64,000 bases of DNA from a virus (lineage: Duplodnaviria > Caudoviricetes). The notes under the pieces are model-generated. The model did no database searches. It saw only the letters and a program-made list of their open reading frames with translations, and was not told the origin of the DNA. The DNA is taken from the IMG/VR virus record IMGVR_UViG_3300035390_000014, positions 96,001 through 160,000 of that record; one strand, 5' to 3'. Made by a program: the position numbers and the translations under genes. How positions within the stretch are numbered: position 1 is the stretch's first letter; each line of letters starts with the position of its first letter. Below, piece by piece: positions 10,452-19,803 of this stretch.

Positions 10452-10527
10452 AGTCCATTAGCTTAATCGGGAAAGCACAGTCCTTATAAGACTGAGAGAC
10501 TGGGATCGTAACCCAGATGGACTACCA
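10452..10527 (+). tRNA. tRNA-Ile(UAU)
   Basis: AGTCCAT/ATGGACT, CAGTC-CTTATAA-GACTG, T-loop ATCGTAA, CCA. Confidence 0.9.
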
Positions 10528-10552
10528 AACTAATAAAGCAAAGAGGTGAATT

Positions 10553-10852
10553 ATGAATGATAGAGCGAGAACATCGGGAGTAGAAGTGATACCAAAACAA
10601 CAATCAATAGCGGAACTTATCAACAGTAATTTAAATGAAATTTTAGATAGAACTGGTGGTATGGTTAATCGTTTGAATGACATGGAGAGATTTATACTTG
10701 GGTCCAGACCAGACGATCCATCTGAAACCGAAAAAACTGATCCAGTTCTTAGTTCATGGAAACATAAAGTAATGGCCACTTTAAATAAAATTCAATCAAA
10801 TATATCCGATCAAGAAGAAGCAATTGAAAATCTAGAGCAATTTCATAAGTAA
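10553..10852 (+). CDS. hypothetical coiled-coil protein
   Basis: ORF with GAGGTG RBS. Confidence 0.55.
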   Translation: MNDRARTSGVEVIPKQQSIAELINSNLNEILDRTGGMVNRLNDMERFILGSRPDDPSETEKTDPVLSSWKHKVMATLNKIQSNISDQEEAIENLEQFHK

Positions 10853-10859
10853 AAAATAA

Positions 10860-10934
10860 TGGGGTTTGATCTAACGGCTAAGATATCAGGTTTTGATCCT
10901 GACAATGACAGTTCAATTCTGTCAACCCCTTCCA
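10860..10934 (+). tRNA. tRNA-Gln(UUG)
   Basis: TCAGG-TTTTGAT-CCTGA, T arm GACAG/CTGTC, CCA. Confidence 0.9.
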
Positions 10935-10953
10935 CATACGAAAGGATACTCAT

Positions 10954-11184
10954 ATGACTGAAAACTATGTTGAGGTTCTACCTATTGGAACTATTGTAAA
11001 AGTAGGTGGAGAAATAGACGCAGTAATAGCAGCCATTTCAATACGAGGTATAGAATCATCAATTGCATATGAATGTCAATGGGTTAACGATGTAGTTAAA
11101 ACTCAATGGGTTGATGAAATAATGGTCAAACCAGAAGAAGCTTCGGATAAAATTAAAATAGGATTTAACAAAAAAGGAAAATAA
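10954..11184 (+). CDS. hypothetical protein (YodC/DUF2158-like)
   Basis: GTIVKVGG...YECQW pattern. Confidence 0.45.
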   Translation: MTENYVEVLPIGTIVKVGGEIDAVIAAISIRGIESSIAYECQWVNDVVKTQWVDEIMVKPEEASDKIKIGFNKKGK

Positions 11185-11194
11185 GGAGGTTATC

Positions 11195-11704
11195 GTGGAG
11201 AGAGTAATTTTACTAAACAGCGACTATAGCTTTATCAATACTATTGATTGGAAAAAAGCTATGTGTCTATTAGCAAAAGGTAAAGTTGAAGTATTAAAAG
11301 CCACTGATAAAATCCTTAAAAGCTCTGAAAGAACATGGGAAATTTATATTCCTAAAGTTTTGCGTCTTGTTAAATTAGTTAGATCTATTTATCGAACTAA
11401 AGTGCCTTATAGTAAAAAGAATATTATTTATAGAGATAAATTCACTTGTCAATATTGTGGTAAGACAGATAAAAAAATGACAATTGATCATGTTCTACCA
11501 AGTTCAAGAGGTGGTAAATCATCATTTGAAAATTGTGTAGCTTCATGTAAACCTTGTAACAATATTAAAAATGATAAAACTCCAAGAGAAGCTAAAATGA
11601 CTTTAAAGAGACAACCTTTTCAACCAACCATTATGGAGTTTATTACTATTAAAATGAAATTACTTGGAATTGATAAAATACTATCAGATATATGGGATGA
11701 ATAA
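11195..11704 (+). CDS. HNH endonuclease
   Basis: RDKFTCQYCG, TIDHVLP.SRGG, ENCVASCKPCN. Confidence 0.85.
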   Translation: MERVILLNSDYSFINTIDWKKAMCLLAKGKVEVLKATDKILKSSERTWEIYIPKVLRLVKLVRSIYRTKVPYSKKNIIYRDKFTCQYCGKTDKKMTIDHVLPSSRGGKSSFENCVASCKPCNNIKNDKTPREAKMTLKRQPFQPTIMEFITIKMKLLGIDKILSDIWDE

Positions 11705-11707
11705 ATT

Positions 11708-12097
11708 ATGAAATTTGAATTGAATTTTTTGCCAGACGTTCCAACTGTGAATGGACGAATTTATGAAATGAAAGATCTAGAAGAAATATTTTCTAAACCT
11801 GATATTCCAGTAACATCATTTCCATCTAAAGGTATAGAAGTTAATATGTCAGAAATAATTGGTTATGCAAATCTAACTGAATTATCAGAAGATAAAGTTG
11901 AGTTTGAGGTTAGACCTGTTAAACTAGATATGTTAAATGCTATTACAAGTGGAAAATTAACTATTAATGCTTTTGGAGATGTTAAAAGAATTGATGTAAA
12001 AGATGAATGTGGGTTAATAACTGAGACTAAAAAAGTCGTTAAAGATCTTACATTATATCATTTATTTGCAGCTCATGAAACTAAGATAGAAGAATAA
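11708..12097 (+). CDS. hypothetical protein
   Basis: ORF track; stop abuts tRNA. Confidence 0.55.
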   Translation: MKFELNFLPDVPTVNGRIYEMKDLEEIFSKPDIPVTSFPSKGIEVNMSEIIGYANLTELSEDKVEFEVRPVKLDMLNAITSGKLTINAFGDVKRIDVKDECGLITETKKVVKDLTLYHLFAAHETKIEE

Positions 12098-12190
12098 GGT
12101 AGGTATCCGGCTGGATGAGGAGCCACTCTTGAAAAGTGGTATTAGGGTTTGTAGCTCTATTGGCGGGTTCAAGTCCCCCACCTACCTCCA
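12098..12190 (+). tRNA. tRNA-Ser(UGA)
   Basis: GGTAGGT/ACCTACC, CCACT-CTTGAAA-AGTGG, long variable arm, U73, CCA. Confidence 0.85.
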
Positions 12191-12191
12191 C

Positions 12192-12279
12192 GGAGAAGTT
12201 GACAGTAGGGAGTCAGCTACATTGGAAATGTAGTAAGTGTTAATAGCATTTGCGAGTTCGAGTCTCGCCTTCTCCGCCA
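12192..12279 (+). tRNA. tRNA-Ser(GGA)
   Basis: CTACA-TTGGAAA-TGTAG, variable arm, G73-CCA. Confidence 0.9.
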
Positions 12280-12385
12280 CAAATTAGGGTGGTAGTTAGA
12301 TAAGAGATATAACAGCGCAGAGGGTACTACGCCTTCAATTGTTAGTCCACCACTCTTTTAACTCATAAATGCATACAGGTGAATT

Positions 12386-12895
12386 ATGACTGATTTTGGA
12401 AAAGAGTTTATTGATAGCATTAAAAATCATTTTGATTTAGATAAAAGATATAAAGCATCTACTAATAGACAGAGCATTAGAAGTGGTGGTAAAAGTATTG
12501 TTGTAGATGGTGATAATGTTATCATCAATGGGAAACGAATTGGAATTGAAGATGAACATTTTGTTCCTAAGAGAGAACCTAAATTTAAAACAAGAGAAGA
12601 ATATGATGCTCATGTTAGTGAAGTAAAGCTTGCAGCACAAGAAAAAGTTCTTGAAAATACATTAAAATTAAAAGCTCTTCAAAGTATAACTGTAGAACAA
12701 TTGAATAAAAAACTTGAAGGGTATGAAATTAATGAATATATAGCTTCTATATTTCAGCAAAAAGTAGCGAACTTTATAGAACGAAGAGCCTATATGATTG
12801 TTGATGAAGCTTTAGAGGATCTTGAAGATGATGGTCGTGTTACAAGAGCAATAAGAGATAGTGTTATTATTAAAATTAAAAACGCTTTCAAATAA
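12386..12895 (+). CDS. hypothetical protein
   Basis: 169 aa ORF. Confidence 0.6.
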   Translation: MTDFGKEFIDSIKNHFDLDKRYKASTNRQSIRSGGKSIVVDGDNVIINGKRIGIEDEHFVPKREPKFKTREEYDAHVSEVKLAAQEKVLENTLKLKALQSITVEQLNKKLEGYEINEYIASIFQQKVANFIERRAYMIVDEALEDLEDDGRVTRAIRDSVIIKIKNAFK

Positions 12896-13074
12896 AAGGA
12901 GTTATCTATGTGGTTAATCGGAGTAGCAACAACATATATCGGTATAGGGGTATTACTTGCTTGGATACTTTCTACAGCGGGTGGTGAGAAATTTGTTTTA
13001 AATAAAGCAGCATTGCCATTTATTGTAACATGGCCAAAATTAGTTTGGGGAATGATTTTTAAATAATTTAATAT

Positions 13075-13464
13075 GGGGATGAAATGGTATCGCTATAGGT
13101 AGGAATTTTATACTGCGCTTCGTGAATGATTGAGTCACGTTAAAATTGATCATGTAAATACAACTGCAGACAATTTCGCAGATGATTACGCACTAGCAAT
13201 AGCAGCGTAATTCGTTCTAGTTAGTTTATATCTTCGGATTAATATAGGGCGTCGACTTAGAAGATTAGAATTATATTGGTTGGACATAAGATAATTCCAT
13301 GTGACTTTATAATTTGAAACTACTACAGAAATTTATCCTTCAACAATGTTGTTTTGTCAATTCCACATATAGTGATTTGTTGAAGTATTAAAAATTGACT
13401 ATAAGCGTAGATGTATTCTTGGAATATACTATATACTCGAGTTCGACTCTCGACATCTCCACCA
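13075..13464 (+). ncRNA. ssrA: tmRNA
   Basis: GGGGATG/CATCTCC acceptor with G3:U70, A73-CCA, T arm CGAG-TTCGACT-CTCG; tag frame 13166-13210 (A)ADNFADDYALAIAA-stop. Confidence 0.93.
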
Positions 13465-13481
13465 ACTTCAATTTGGTTGAT

Positions 13482-13517
13482 CTCCACTTTTATTTAGAAC
13501 ATATAATAAAAGTGGAG
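13482..13517 (+). promoter_or_regulatory. RBS-sequestering hairpin containing motif A
   Basis: 12-bp perfect IR CTCCACTTTTAT/ATAAAAGTGGAG, loop TTAGAACATATA. Confidence 0.75.
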
Positions 13518-13523
13518 GTATAT

Positions 13524-14264
13524 ATGAATCAAATATGTAAACATTGTGATAAATTTATAGAAGGAAAACATTCTGTTTATGCTAATCATGTTAGATGGTG
13601 TAAAAAAAATCCTAATAATAAAAAAGAAAATATTAAATTTGGTATTTTAAAAGGGTTAGATAAAAGATTAGGTAAAATAAAAGAATTTAAAGTTAAATGT
13701 AATAATTGTAATAAAATTTTTATTGTTAATGAAAGAGAAAAACAATTTCCTAAAAAAGATAAATATTTTTGTAATAGAAGTTGTGCTAACACCAGAAAAC
13801 ATTCAAAGGAAACTAAAGATAAAATAAGAAAATCATGTTCGCCTAAAATTAAAGAATATTGGAATAATCCAGAATATGTTAAAAAACAAATGTCAAAAAA
13901 TTCTATACTTTTTTCTAAAGGCGAGGTAGTAATTAGAACATATTTTAAATGGAATTTTCCTAATCAAAAATGGACTTTTGGTGGTTGTTTAAAACATAAT
14001 GATAGTAGACTAGTTAGAGATCTTTATTCTAAAAAATTAAAAGTTTGTATTGAATATGATGGTATATGGCATTTTGAAGATATACATGGTCAATTAAAAG
14101 ATAAACAAAAAATTGATAAAGCTCTTGAAGATTGGTGTATACAAAATGATTATAGATTGATTAGGATAAAAGAGGATGTTTTTTTAAAAGATGAAGATTT
14201 TTGGATCGATAAATTAGTTAAAGAAGTTAAATATGGTGTTGCTAAAATAATTAAATTTTATTGA
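13524..14264 (+). CDS. putative homing endonuclease, Zn-ribbon plus PD-(D/E)xK (Vsr/DUF559-like)
   Basis: Cys/His motifs; RDLYSKKLKVCIEYDGIWHF; start reassigned to ATG 13524. Confidence 0.75.
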   Translation: MNQICKHCDKFIEGKHSVYANHVRWCKKNPNNKKENIKFGILKGLDKRLGKIKEFKVKCNNCNKIFIVNEREKQFPKKDKYFCNRSCANTRKHSKETKDKIRKSCSPKIKEYWNNPEYVKKQMSKNSILFSKGEVVIRTYFKWNFPNQKWTFGGCLKHNDSRLVRDLYSKKLKVCIEYDGIWHFEDIHGQLKDKQKIDKALEDWCIQNDYRLIRIKEDVFLKDEDFWIDKLVKEVKYGVAKIIKFY

Positions 14265-14277
14265 AAGGTTTAGATTA

Positions 14278-14511
14278 ATGGCTGAGAAAATTAATACATA
14301 CTATAGAGCTCTATACCATGCTGAGGGGATGAACGGACCAGTATTAACAAAAAGGCAATTAATGAATGAGATAGAAACATCTCTTTTAAATATAAGTAGC
14401 ACTGAGCCTGAAATTTCATTTAGTGTTAGTAAGATGCAATTAACTGAAAAACAATTCAAGGAAAGATCAGACGACTTAAAAAATTATACTTATGCAGGTG
14501 TAGAGAATTAA
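14278..14511 (+). CDS. hypothetical protein
   Basis: ORF track. Confidence 0.5.
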   Translation: MAEKINTYYRALYHAEGMNGPVLTKRQLMNEIETSLLNISSTEPEISFSVSKMQLTEKQFKERSDDLKNYTYAGVEN

Positions 14512-14517
14512 AATTGT

Positions 14518-14605
14518 GGGGGAGTGGTGAAATTGGGTAAACACACAGCGCTTAAAACGCTGCGGATGGAAATCCTTGTCAGTTCGAGTCTGATCTCCCC
14601 TACCA
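14518..14605 (+). tRNA. tRNA-Leu(UAA)
   Basis: CAGCG-CTTAAAA-CGCTG, variable arm, A73-CCA. Confidence 0.92.
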
Positions 14606-14616
14606 TTTATTTATAG

Positions 14617-15177
14617 GTGAATATTATGAAAGACATGAATAAGCTAATACAGTTAAGAGAAGCTACACATAAAGATATGATCAAAGGTTTCCAAGAAAGA
14701 GCAAAAGACCTTAGAATGTCTTTTGAAAGACCAAAAAGAGAAAATGGTATGTTATGTGATTTTGGGTGTGGTCAACCAGCTACTTATATGATTCATGGTA
14801 TAAGTTGTTGTAATAAATATGAAAGTCGCTGTCCTGCATATGAAAGATACCAATCAGAAAAAAGACTAGAAATGGTTGGACAAATCCCTCATAGAAAAAT
14901 GAAGGACACGAAATTTAGTTGTTTTTTGAATTACTTTTTCCATGAGGAATGGTATATACATCAGATTATAAACCTCGTAAAATGGGGGTCTAATCGCGTT
15001 ATAAGACAACAGGGGTTTAGGGTATTACCTATAAATCAAGAATTAAAACCAATCAAAACTTGGGACAGAATAACCAGTCCTCACTTCATAATTAATGAAT
15101 CAATGTACATAAGTCAACCAAAAGGTCAATCAATTATAGCAGTACATATTGGAGAATTACCATATGAAACCAATTAG
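14617..15177 (+). CDS. hypothetical protein with CDFGCG..CC..CP zinc module
   Basis: Module shared with endonucleases at 19804, 28026 and 55840. Confidence 0.55.
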   Translation: MNIMKDMNKLIQLREATHKDMIKGFQERAKDLRMSFERPKRENGMLCDFGCGQPATYMIHGISCCNKYESRCPAYERYQSEKRLEMVGQIPHRKMKDTKFSCFLNYFFHEEWYIHQIINLVKWGSNRVIRQQGFRVLPINQELKPIKTWDRITSPHFIINESMYISQPKGQSIIAVHIGELPYETN

Positions 15178-15520
15178 ATGTGTAGTTTGTAGAACTGAAT
15201 TTGATCACGCTGAACTTGATGGGGCACGTGGTTGCCCGGTATGTGGTTATCAAGGACTTACTATGCTAACTAATGGAGATGTAGCTGTAAATATTAATTG
15301 GTTTGAACTTAGGTTGATATGTATGTGGGCTGAATCTTTAGCTTTACAAGTCGGTGATTCCCATAGTCTCAATGCTTTTTATTCAGTAGTTAATGAATTA
15401 AAGAAACAAATACCAGATTCTGGTAAAATAACAATGTTTGATAAAGCACCTGATCTCACTTGTGATTCAGATTATAATATAGATGATTTAGTAGTTCCGG
15501 ATGGGACGATATTCAATTGA
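15149..15520 (+). CDS. zinc-ribbon hypothetical protein
   Basis: CVVC...CPVCG. Confidence 0.5.
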   Translation: MENYHMKPIRCVVCRTEFDHAELDGARGCPVCGYQGLTMLTNGDVAVNINWFELRLICMWAESLALQVGDSHSLNAFYSVVNELKKQIPDSGKITMFDKAPDLTCDSDYNIDDLVVPDGTIFN

Positions 15521-16905
15521 AGACTAATAATGTTTTAGTGATAGGTGATATAATCCTTGATAAATATATCAAAGGTTCAGTATCCCGCATTTCACCAGAA
15601 GCTCCTGTTCCTATTATTAAAATAGATGATGAACATTACTCATTGGGTGGAGCTGCTAACGTAGCTAATAATTTATCCTCGTTAGGATGCAGTGTTAGTA
15701 TCATTGGTATCATTGGTCTTGATTCCGACGGAAATAAATTAAAACAATTATTTAAAGAAACTAATATTCATTGCTATTTTAATTATAATAAGAATTATAA
15801 AACAACATCTAAGACCAGAATAATTGGTAATAATCAACAGGTAGCAAGACTTGATTATAATGATAATAGTAAACCAGAAGAAATTAGTATTTTTACAATA
15901 GAGCAAACAATTAAAGATGTAATAGATCCATATGATATTGTTGTTATATCTGATTATGATAAAGGAGTTTGTACGAATAGAATATGTCGAACAATAATTC
16001 ATTTATGTAATCAAAAAAATATTCCAGTTATCGTTGATCCAAAGGGAACTGATTGGGATAAATATAGAAAAGCATATATGATAACTCCTAATCTAAAAGA
16101 AACATCTGAGTTAATTGGTAATGAAATTAAAAATACTAATATACAGATTAATGCTAAATGTAGAAATTTAAATGATCAAGTTAGATCTCAATACTTATTA
16201 ATAACAAGATCAGATAAAGGAATGTCTTTAGTTGATGAAGCTGGTATTATTCATATACCATCTAAATCTAAAGAAGTCTTTGATGTTACTGGTGCTGGTG
16301 ATACTGTTATAGCAACTATTGCAGCATTTATTAATAGAATGAAAATAATTGATGTTATTAATTTAGCTAATAAAGCGGCTGGAATAGCAGTATCAAAAAC
16401 AGGAACATCAACAGTAACACAAGATGAATTGAATAATGATCCTATTAGTAATAAGATAATGACTGTAGATTCTTTAATGAAACATGTTAAATTATGGAAA
16501 CAAAAAGAAGAGTCTATCGTATTTACTAATGGTTGTTACGATCTATTTCATAAAGGTCATGCTCATTCAATACATAAAGCATCTGAACTTGGTAATCGCT
16601 TAATAGTTGCTATTAATTCAGATGAATCAGTTCATAGAATTAAAGGTGATAATAGACCATTAAACAATGAATATGATAGAGCATTTGTTATAGCATCTAT
16701 TAATAATGTTGATGCAGTAATTATATTTAATGAGGTTACACCAGATAACATATTACAATTAATCAGACCCAGTGTATTAGTTAAGGGTGGGGATTATATG
16801 CTTCATGAGATTGTAGGAAGAGAATATGCGGATAGAGTTGAAGTTATTAATTATTTACATGGTTATTCAACTACTAAGATGGTTAAAAAAATAGAAGGTA
16901 AATAA
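15517..16905 (+). CDS. hldE: bifunctional heptose 7-phosphate kinase / heptose 1-phosphate adenylyltransferase
   Basis: VIGDIILD, SRISPEAPVP, DVTGAGDT (PfkB); FTNGCYDLFHKGH (cytidylyltransferase-like). Confidence 0.92.
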   Translation: MKTNNVLVIGDIILDKYIKGSVSRISPEAPVPIIKIDDEHYSLGGAANVANNLSSLGCSVSIIGIIGLDSDGNKLKQLFKETNIHCYFNYNKNYKTTSKTRIIGNNQQVARLDYNDNSKPEEISIFTIEQTIKDVIDPYDIVVISDYDKGVCTNRICRTIIHLCNQKNIPVIVDPKGTDWDKYRKAYMITPNLKETSELIGNEIKNTNIQINAKCRNLNDQVRSQYLLITRSDKGMSLVDEAGIIHIPSKSKEVFDVTGAGDTVIATIAAFINRMKIIDVINLANKAAGIAVSKTGTSTVTQDELNNDPISNKIMTVDSLMKHVKLWKQKEESIVFTNGCYDLFHKGHAHSIHKASELGNRLIVAINSDESVHRIKGDNRPLNNEYDRAFVIASINNVDAVIIFNEVTPDNILQLIRPSVLVKGGDYMLHEIVGREYADRVEVINYLHGYSTTKMVKKIEGK

Positions 16906-17267
16906 TGGAAAAAATAAAAAAAACATGGGGATGGGAACATTGGTTTGAAAATAATGAAAAATATTGTGGCAAACTGATATTTATAGATTTTAATAAATGG
17001 TCTTCTAAAGGAAAATTTCATTATCATAAATTAAAAGATGAAACTTTCTTTGTTTTGAAAGGTTGTTTAACTCTACAATATTATGAAGATGATATTAAGC
17101 ATTGTTTGAAAATACAGGAAGGTGAATCTTTTCGTATAATGCCAGAGGTTAAACATAGATTTAAAACAAATACAATCAAAGGTTGTGAATTTATTGAAGT
17201 ATCTACACAACACTTTGATGAAGATTCATATAGAACTAAACTTGTAAATGGTGAATGGACAGGATGA
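16905..17267 (+). CDS. cupin, sugar isomerase-like
   Basis: KTWGWE..YCGKL..HYHKLKDETF..HRF. Confidence 0.7.
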   Translation: MEKIKKTWGWEHWFENNEKYCGKLIFIDFNKWSSKGKFHYHKLKDETFFVLKGCLTLQYYEDDIKHCLKIQEGESFRIMPEVKHRFKTNTIKGCEFIEVSTQHFDEDSYRTKLVNGEWTG

Positions 17268-17905
17268 AAAAGATATTAGCAATTGGTGGAGCTGTTATAA
17301 AAACTGCCAAGGGAGAGTTAAGAGAATACATTGAGAATGATCAAATAGAGATGCTTATTCATAACGGAGGGTCTATATTTCACGATTTTCAACAAGCTAT
17401 TGATCCTAATCTCACTTCTCATTCATACCCTTTAAATGATCTAATAAACGATTATTCATGTAATAAAGAAGCTAGTACTTATGTTTGGGAATTTGTAAAT
17501 TATAACACAGCACCAGAAGAGTCAATTACTAAGTTGTGTGTTGATAAAGGTATTCCAGTATTATTATTCACTGGACTTGGTTGTGATTTTTGGCATTTAT
17601 TTGCAACTCCGGATTTATGGTCAGATTATGGCAGACAATCGTATTATTATTTTGAAGAATTATGGAAACGGTTTAAAGATCCTTTTCATTATATTTGTAT
17701 GGGATCAGCAGTTATTCATCCAGAAGTGTTTACTAAAGCAATAGCAGTTGCAAAGAATAAAAATTTTAAATCAGATGTTGTTGATTTTAAATATATGTAT
17801 AGACCTCAGACAAGAATTTCAATTTATGGAACATATTATCATATGACCCATAAAAGATTTTTAGGAGATCAAAATGCCTTATATAAAACCAGAAAGAAAA
17901 AGTGA
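17264..17905 (+). CDS. deoxyhypusine synthase-like fold protein
   Basis: GGAVIK and MGSAVIHPEVFTKA resemble a DHS-like family recalled from heptose gene clusters. Confidence 0.5.
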   Translation: MKKILAIGGAVIKTAKGELREYIENDQIEMLIHNGGSIFHDFQQAIDPNLTSHSYPLNDLINDYSCNKEASTYVWEFVNYNTAPEESITKLCVDKGIPVLLFTGLGCDFWHLFATPDLWSDYGRQSYYYFEELWKRFKDPFHYICMGSAVIHPEVFTKAIAVAKNKNFKSDVVDFKYMYRPQTRISIYGTYYHMTHKRFLGDQNALYKTRKKK

Positions 17906-18116
17906 ACTCGTTAATGAACAAGCAAATTATTCAGGTGAATTGAATTATAAAATTACTGAGTTAGCTATTGAATACTTAGATCATAAAGGCAAATCATACG
18001 ATACCATTAATGAGATTATGGGAGCAATGGAATGTGCTAAGTTAGAATTTTATCGTAGAGTAGCAGTTCCATATGAGGAAACAAAGAAAGAAGAAAATGG
18101 TGACGTCTATGGCTAA
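17874..18116 (+). CDS. conserved phage protein (MPYIK..GELNY family)
   Basis: Recognisable N-terminal motif. Confidence 0.55.
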   Translation: MPYIKPERKSELVNEQANYSGELNYKITELAIEYLDHKGKSYDTINEIMGAMECAKLEFYRRVAVPYEETKKEENGDVYG

Positions 18117-18337
18117 ACAGGTTTGGAAATGTGATTATTGTAGTAAGACTGATGAATCTCATGATGTTATAGTTTCTCATGAATTTAAATGTTCATTTAA
18201 TCCAAAAAATAAATATTGTTGGACCTGTTCTAATCATATAGGTGATGGTTTTTGGATTTATGGTGAAAGTTATACATGTGCTATAAATTTAAATAAAGAT
18301 GATGGTGAAGAAGAAGGTGGCTGTAAAGGGTGGACAA

Positions 18338-18691
18338 ATGAAACCACGTAAACTATTATTCTCAGTTGGTAAAAAAGACTTTATAATCCAGACATTTAAA
18401 GCTGGAGGTAAAGGTGGCCAACATCAAAATAAAACAGATTCAGCAGTTCGTATAATTCATCCGGAGTCAGGAGCAGTTGGAGTTAGTCGAAATGATAGAA
18501 GTCAATTTAAAAATAAAAAAATAGCATTTGAAAGATTAACAAAAACAATAAAATTTAAATTATGGATTACTAAACGAGTTAATGAAATTGATGTTGGTAA
18601 AACAATTGAACAACAAGTCGAAGAAGATATGAAACCTCATAATTTAAAAGTTGAAGTTAAAGATGAGAATGGAAAATGGTCAATTGAATAA
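18338..18691 (+). CDS. class I release-factor GGQ domain protein (ArfB/PrfH-like)
   Basis: GGKGGQHQNKTDSAVRIIH...RSQFKNK. Confidence 0.85.
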   Translation: MKPRKLLFSVGKKDFIIQTFKAGGKGGQHQNKTDSAVRIIHPESGAVGVSRNDRSQFKNKKIAFERLTKTIKFKLWITKRVNEIDVGKTIEQQVEEDMKPHNLKVEVKDENGKWSIE

Positions 18692-18700
18692 AATTACTTT

Positions 18701-18721
18701 CTATATATATTAATATACATA
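18701..18721 (+). promoter_or_regulatory. motif B, CTATATATATTA(A/T)TA, putative second promoter class (representative copy)
   Basis: + copies at 3801, 18701, 20723, 38039, 41430, 47683; - copies ending at 29070, 36512, 53580. Confidence 0.7.
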
Positions 18722-18744
18722 AGATAGTTTGTATTAATATTATA

Positions 18745-19746
18745 TTGGAGAAATATATGCGAAAAACTTTAATTGTTGGTGGTGGTATCCAGAGAATGAA
18801 TAATTCTGGAATTGTTACTAAAATGGCTAAACATCTAGGTGGTATGATTACAATGTGTAATGGTATTCTACCTACCTTTCCTCTTGATCAAGATTTAATT
18901 ATATGGATGCCTGATATTGATAATGAGAAGCCGAAAGATTATCCTAAAAAGAAACAAGGAGCAGTTTTAATTTGCTCTAAAGTAATGAGAGAAGGGTATA
19001 CTCATATTGATTCAGTATCACGAATCTTTAAAATGAGAGGTAACGCAGTAATTGAAATTTATAAAAATGAATACGGTATTTATGAATTTGAATTACGAGA
19101 TGCTTTAAATAATTCATGGTGTAATCGAACTTCTAATTTAATATATCTTGTTGATAGTATAATTGAATTATATATCTGGACAAAGTGTAGTATAAGAAAG
19201 AGTCTTGAAAAAGGACTATTTTCTGAACCTGTTATTGATAATATAGAAGAAGTTGAAAGATTTCTTCGTATTAATGAAGAGTTATCACATAAAGTTGCAG
19301 TTGGATGTGGTAATAGATATTTTGGAAATTATAGTACACGATGTACAAGATTATTTCCAAATATGATTTCAAATGAAAATTGGTATTTATTTTCAGGAAG
19401 AAATACTCCAAAGGATTGCATTAAAATTGAAGATATGGTTCCTTGCACTGATGAACGTTATTATGGGGATCGAAAACCTTCTGTTGATGCTCCTGTACAA
19501 ATAGACATATATAAGAAATTTCCTGAATTAAAATTTATGATTCATGGTCATGCCTTTATTGTTAATAATGAAACAACTAAAAATTATTTTCCTTGTGGTG
19601 ATTTGAGGGAAGTTAAAGAAGTTGTTGAAATGATTAAGATAGGCATTAGAACAATTAATCTTAAGAATCATGGATTTCTTATAGTTGGTGAATCAGTAGA
19701 TGAAATAATTAGCCATGCTAATGATTGTGAATTTGTAACATTATAA
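18745..19746 (+). CDS. protein with C-terminal class II aldolase/adducin domain
   Basis: KPSVDAP, IHGHAF, LKNHGFL. Confidence 0.7.
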   Translation: MEKYMRKTLIVGGGIQRMNNSGIVTKMAKHLGGMITMCNGILPTFPLDQDLIIWMPDIDNEKPKDYPKKKQGAVLICSKVMREGYTHIDSVSRIFKMRGNAVIEIYKNEYGIYEFELRDALNNSWCNRTSNLIYLVDSIIELYIWTKCSIRKSLEKGLFSEPVIDNIEEVERFLRINEELSHKVAVGCGNRYFGNYSTRCTRLFPNMISNENWYLFSGRNTPKDCIKIEDMVPCTDERYYGDRKPSVDAPVQIDIYKKFPELKFMIHGHAFIVNNETTKNYFPCGDLREVKEVVEMIKIGIRTINLKNHGFLIVGESVDEIISHANDCEFVTL

Positions 19747-19758
19747 AAAATATTTAAG

Positions 19759-19801
19759 TCGAACTCCTTTTTATTTAGAACATATTTAAAAAGGAGTTCG
19801 A
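19759..19801 (+). promoter_or_regulatory. RBS-sequestering hairpin containing motif A
   Basis: 15-bp perfect IR TCGAACTCCTTTTTA/TAAAAAGGAGTTCGA. Confidence 0.75.
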
Positions 19802-19803
19802 AT

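Noticed and set aside
12098-12190. Selenocysteine tRNA
   Set aside because: The anticodon is TGA (reads UCA, Ser), not TCA, and the acceptor stem is 7 bp
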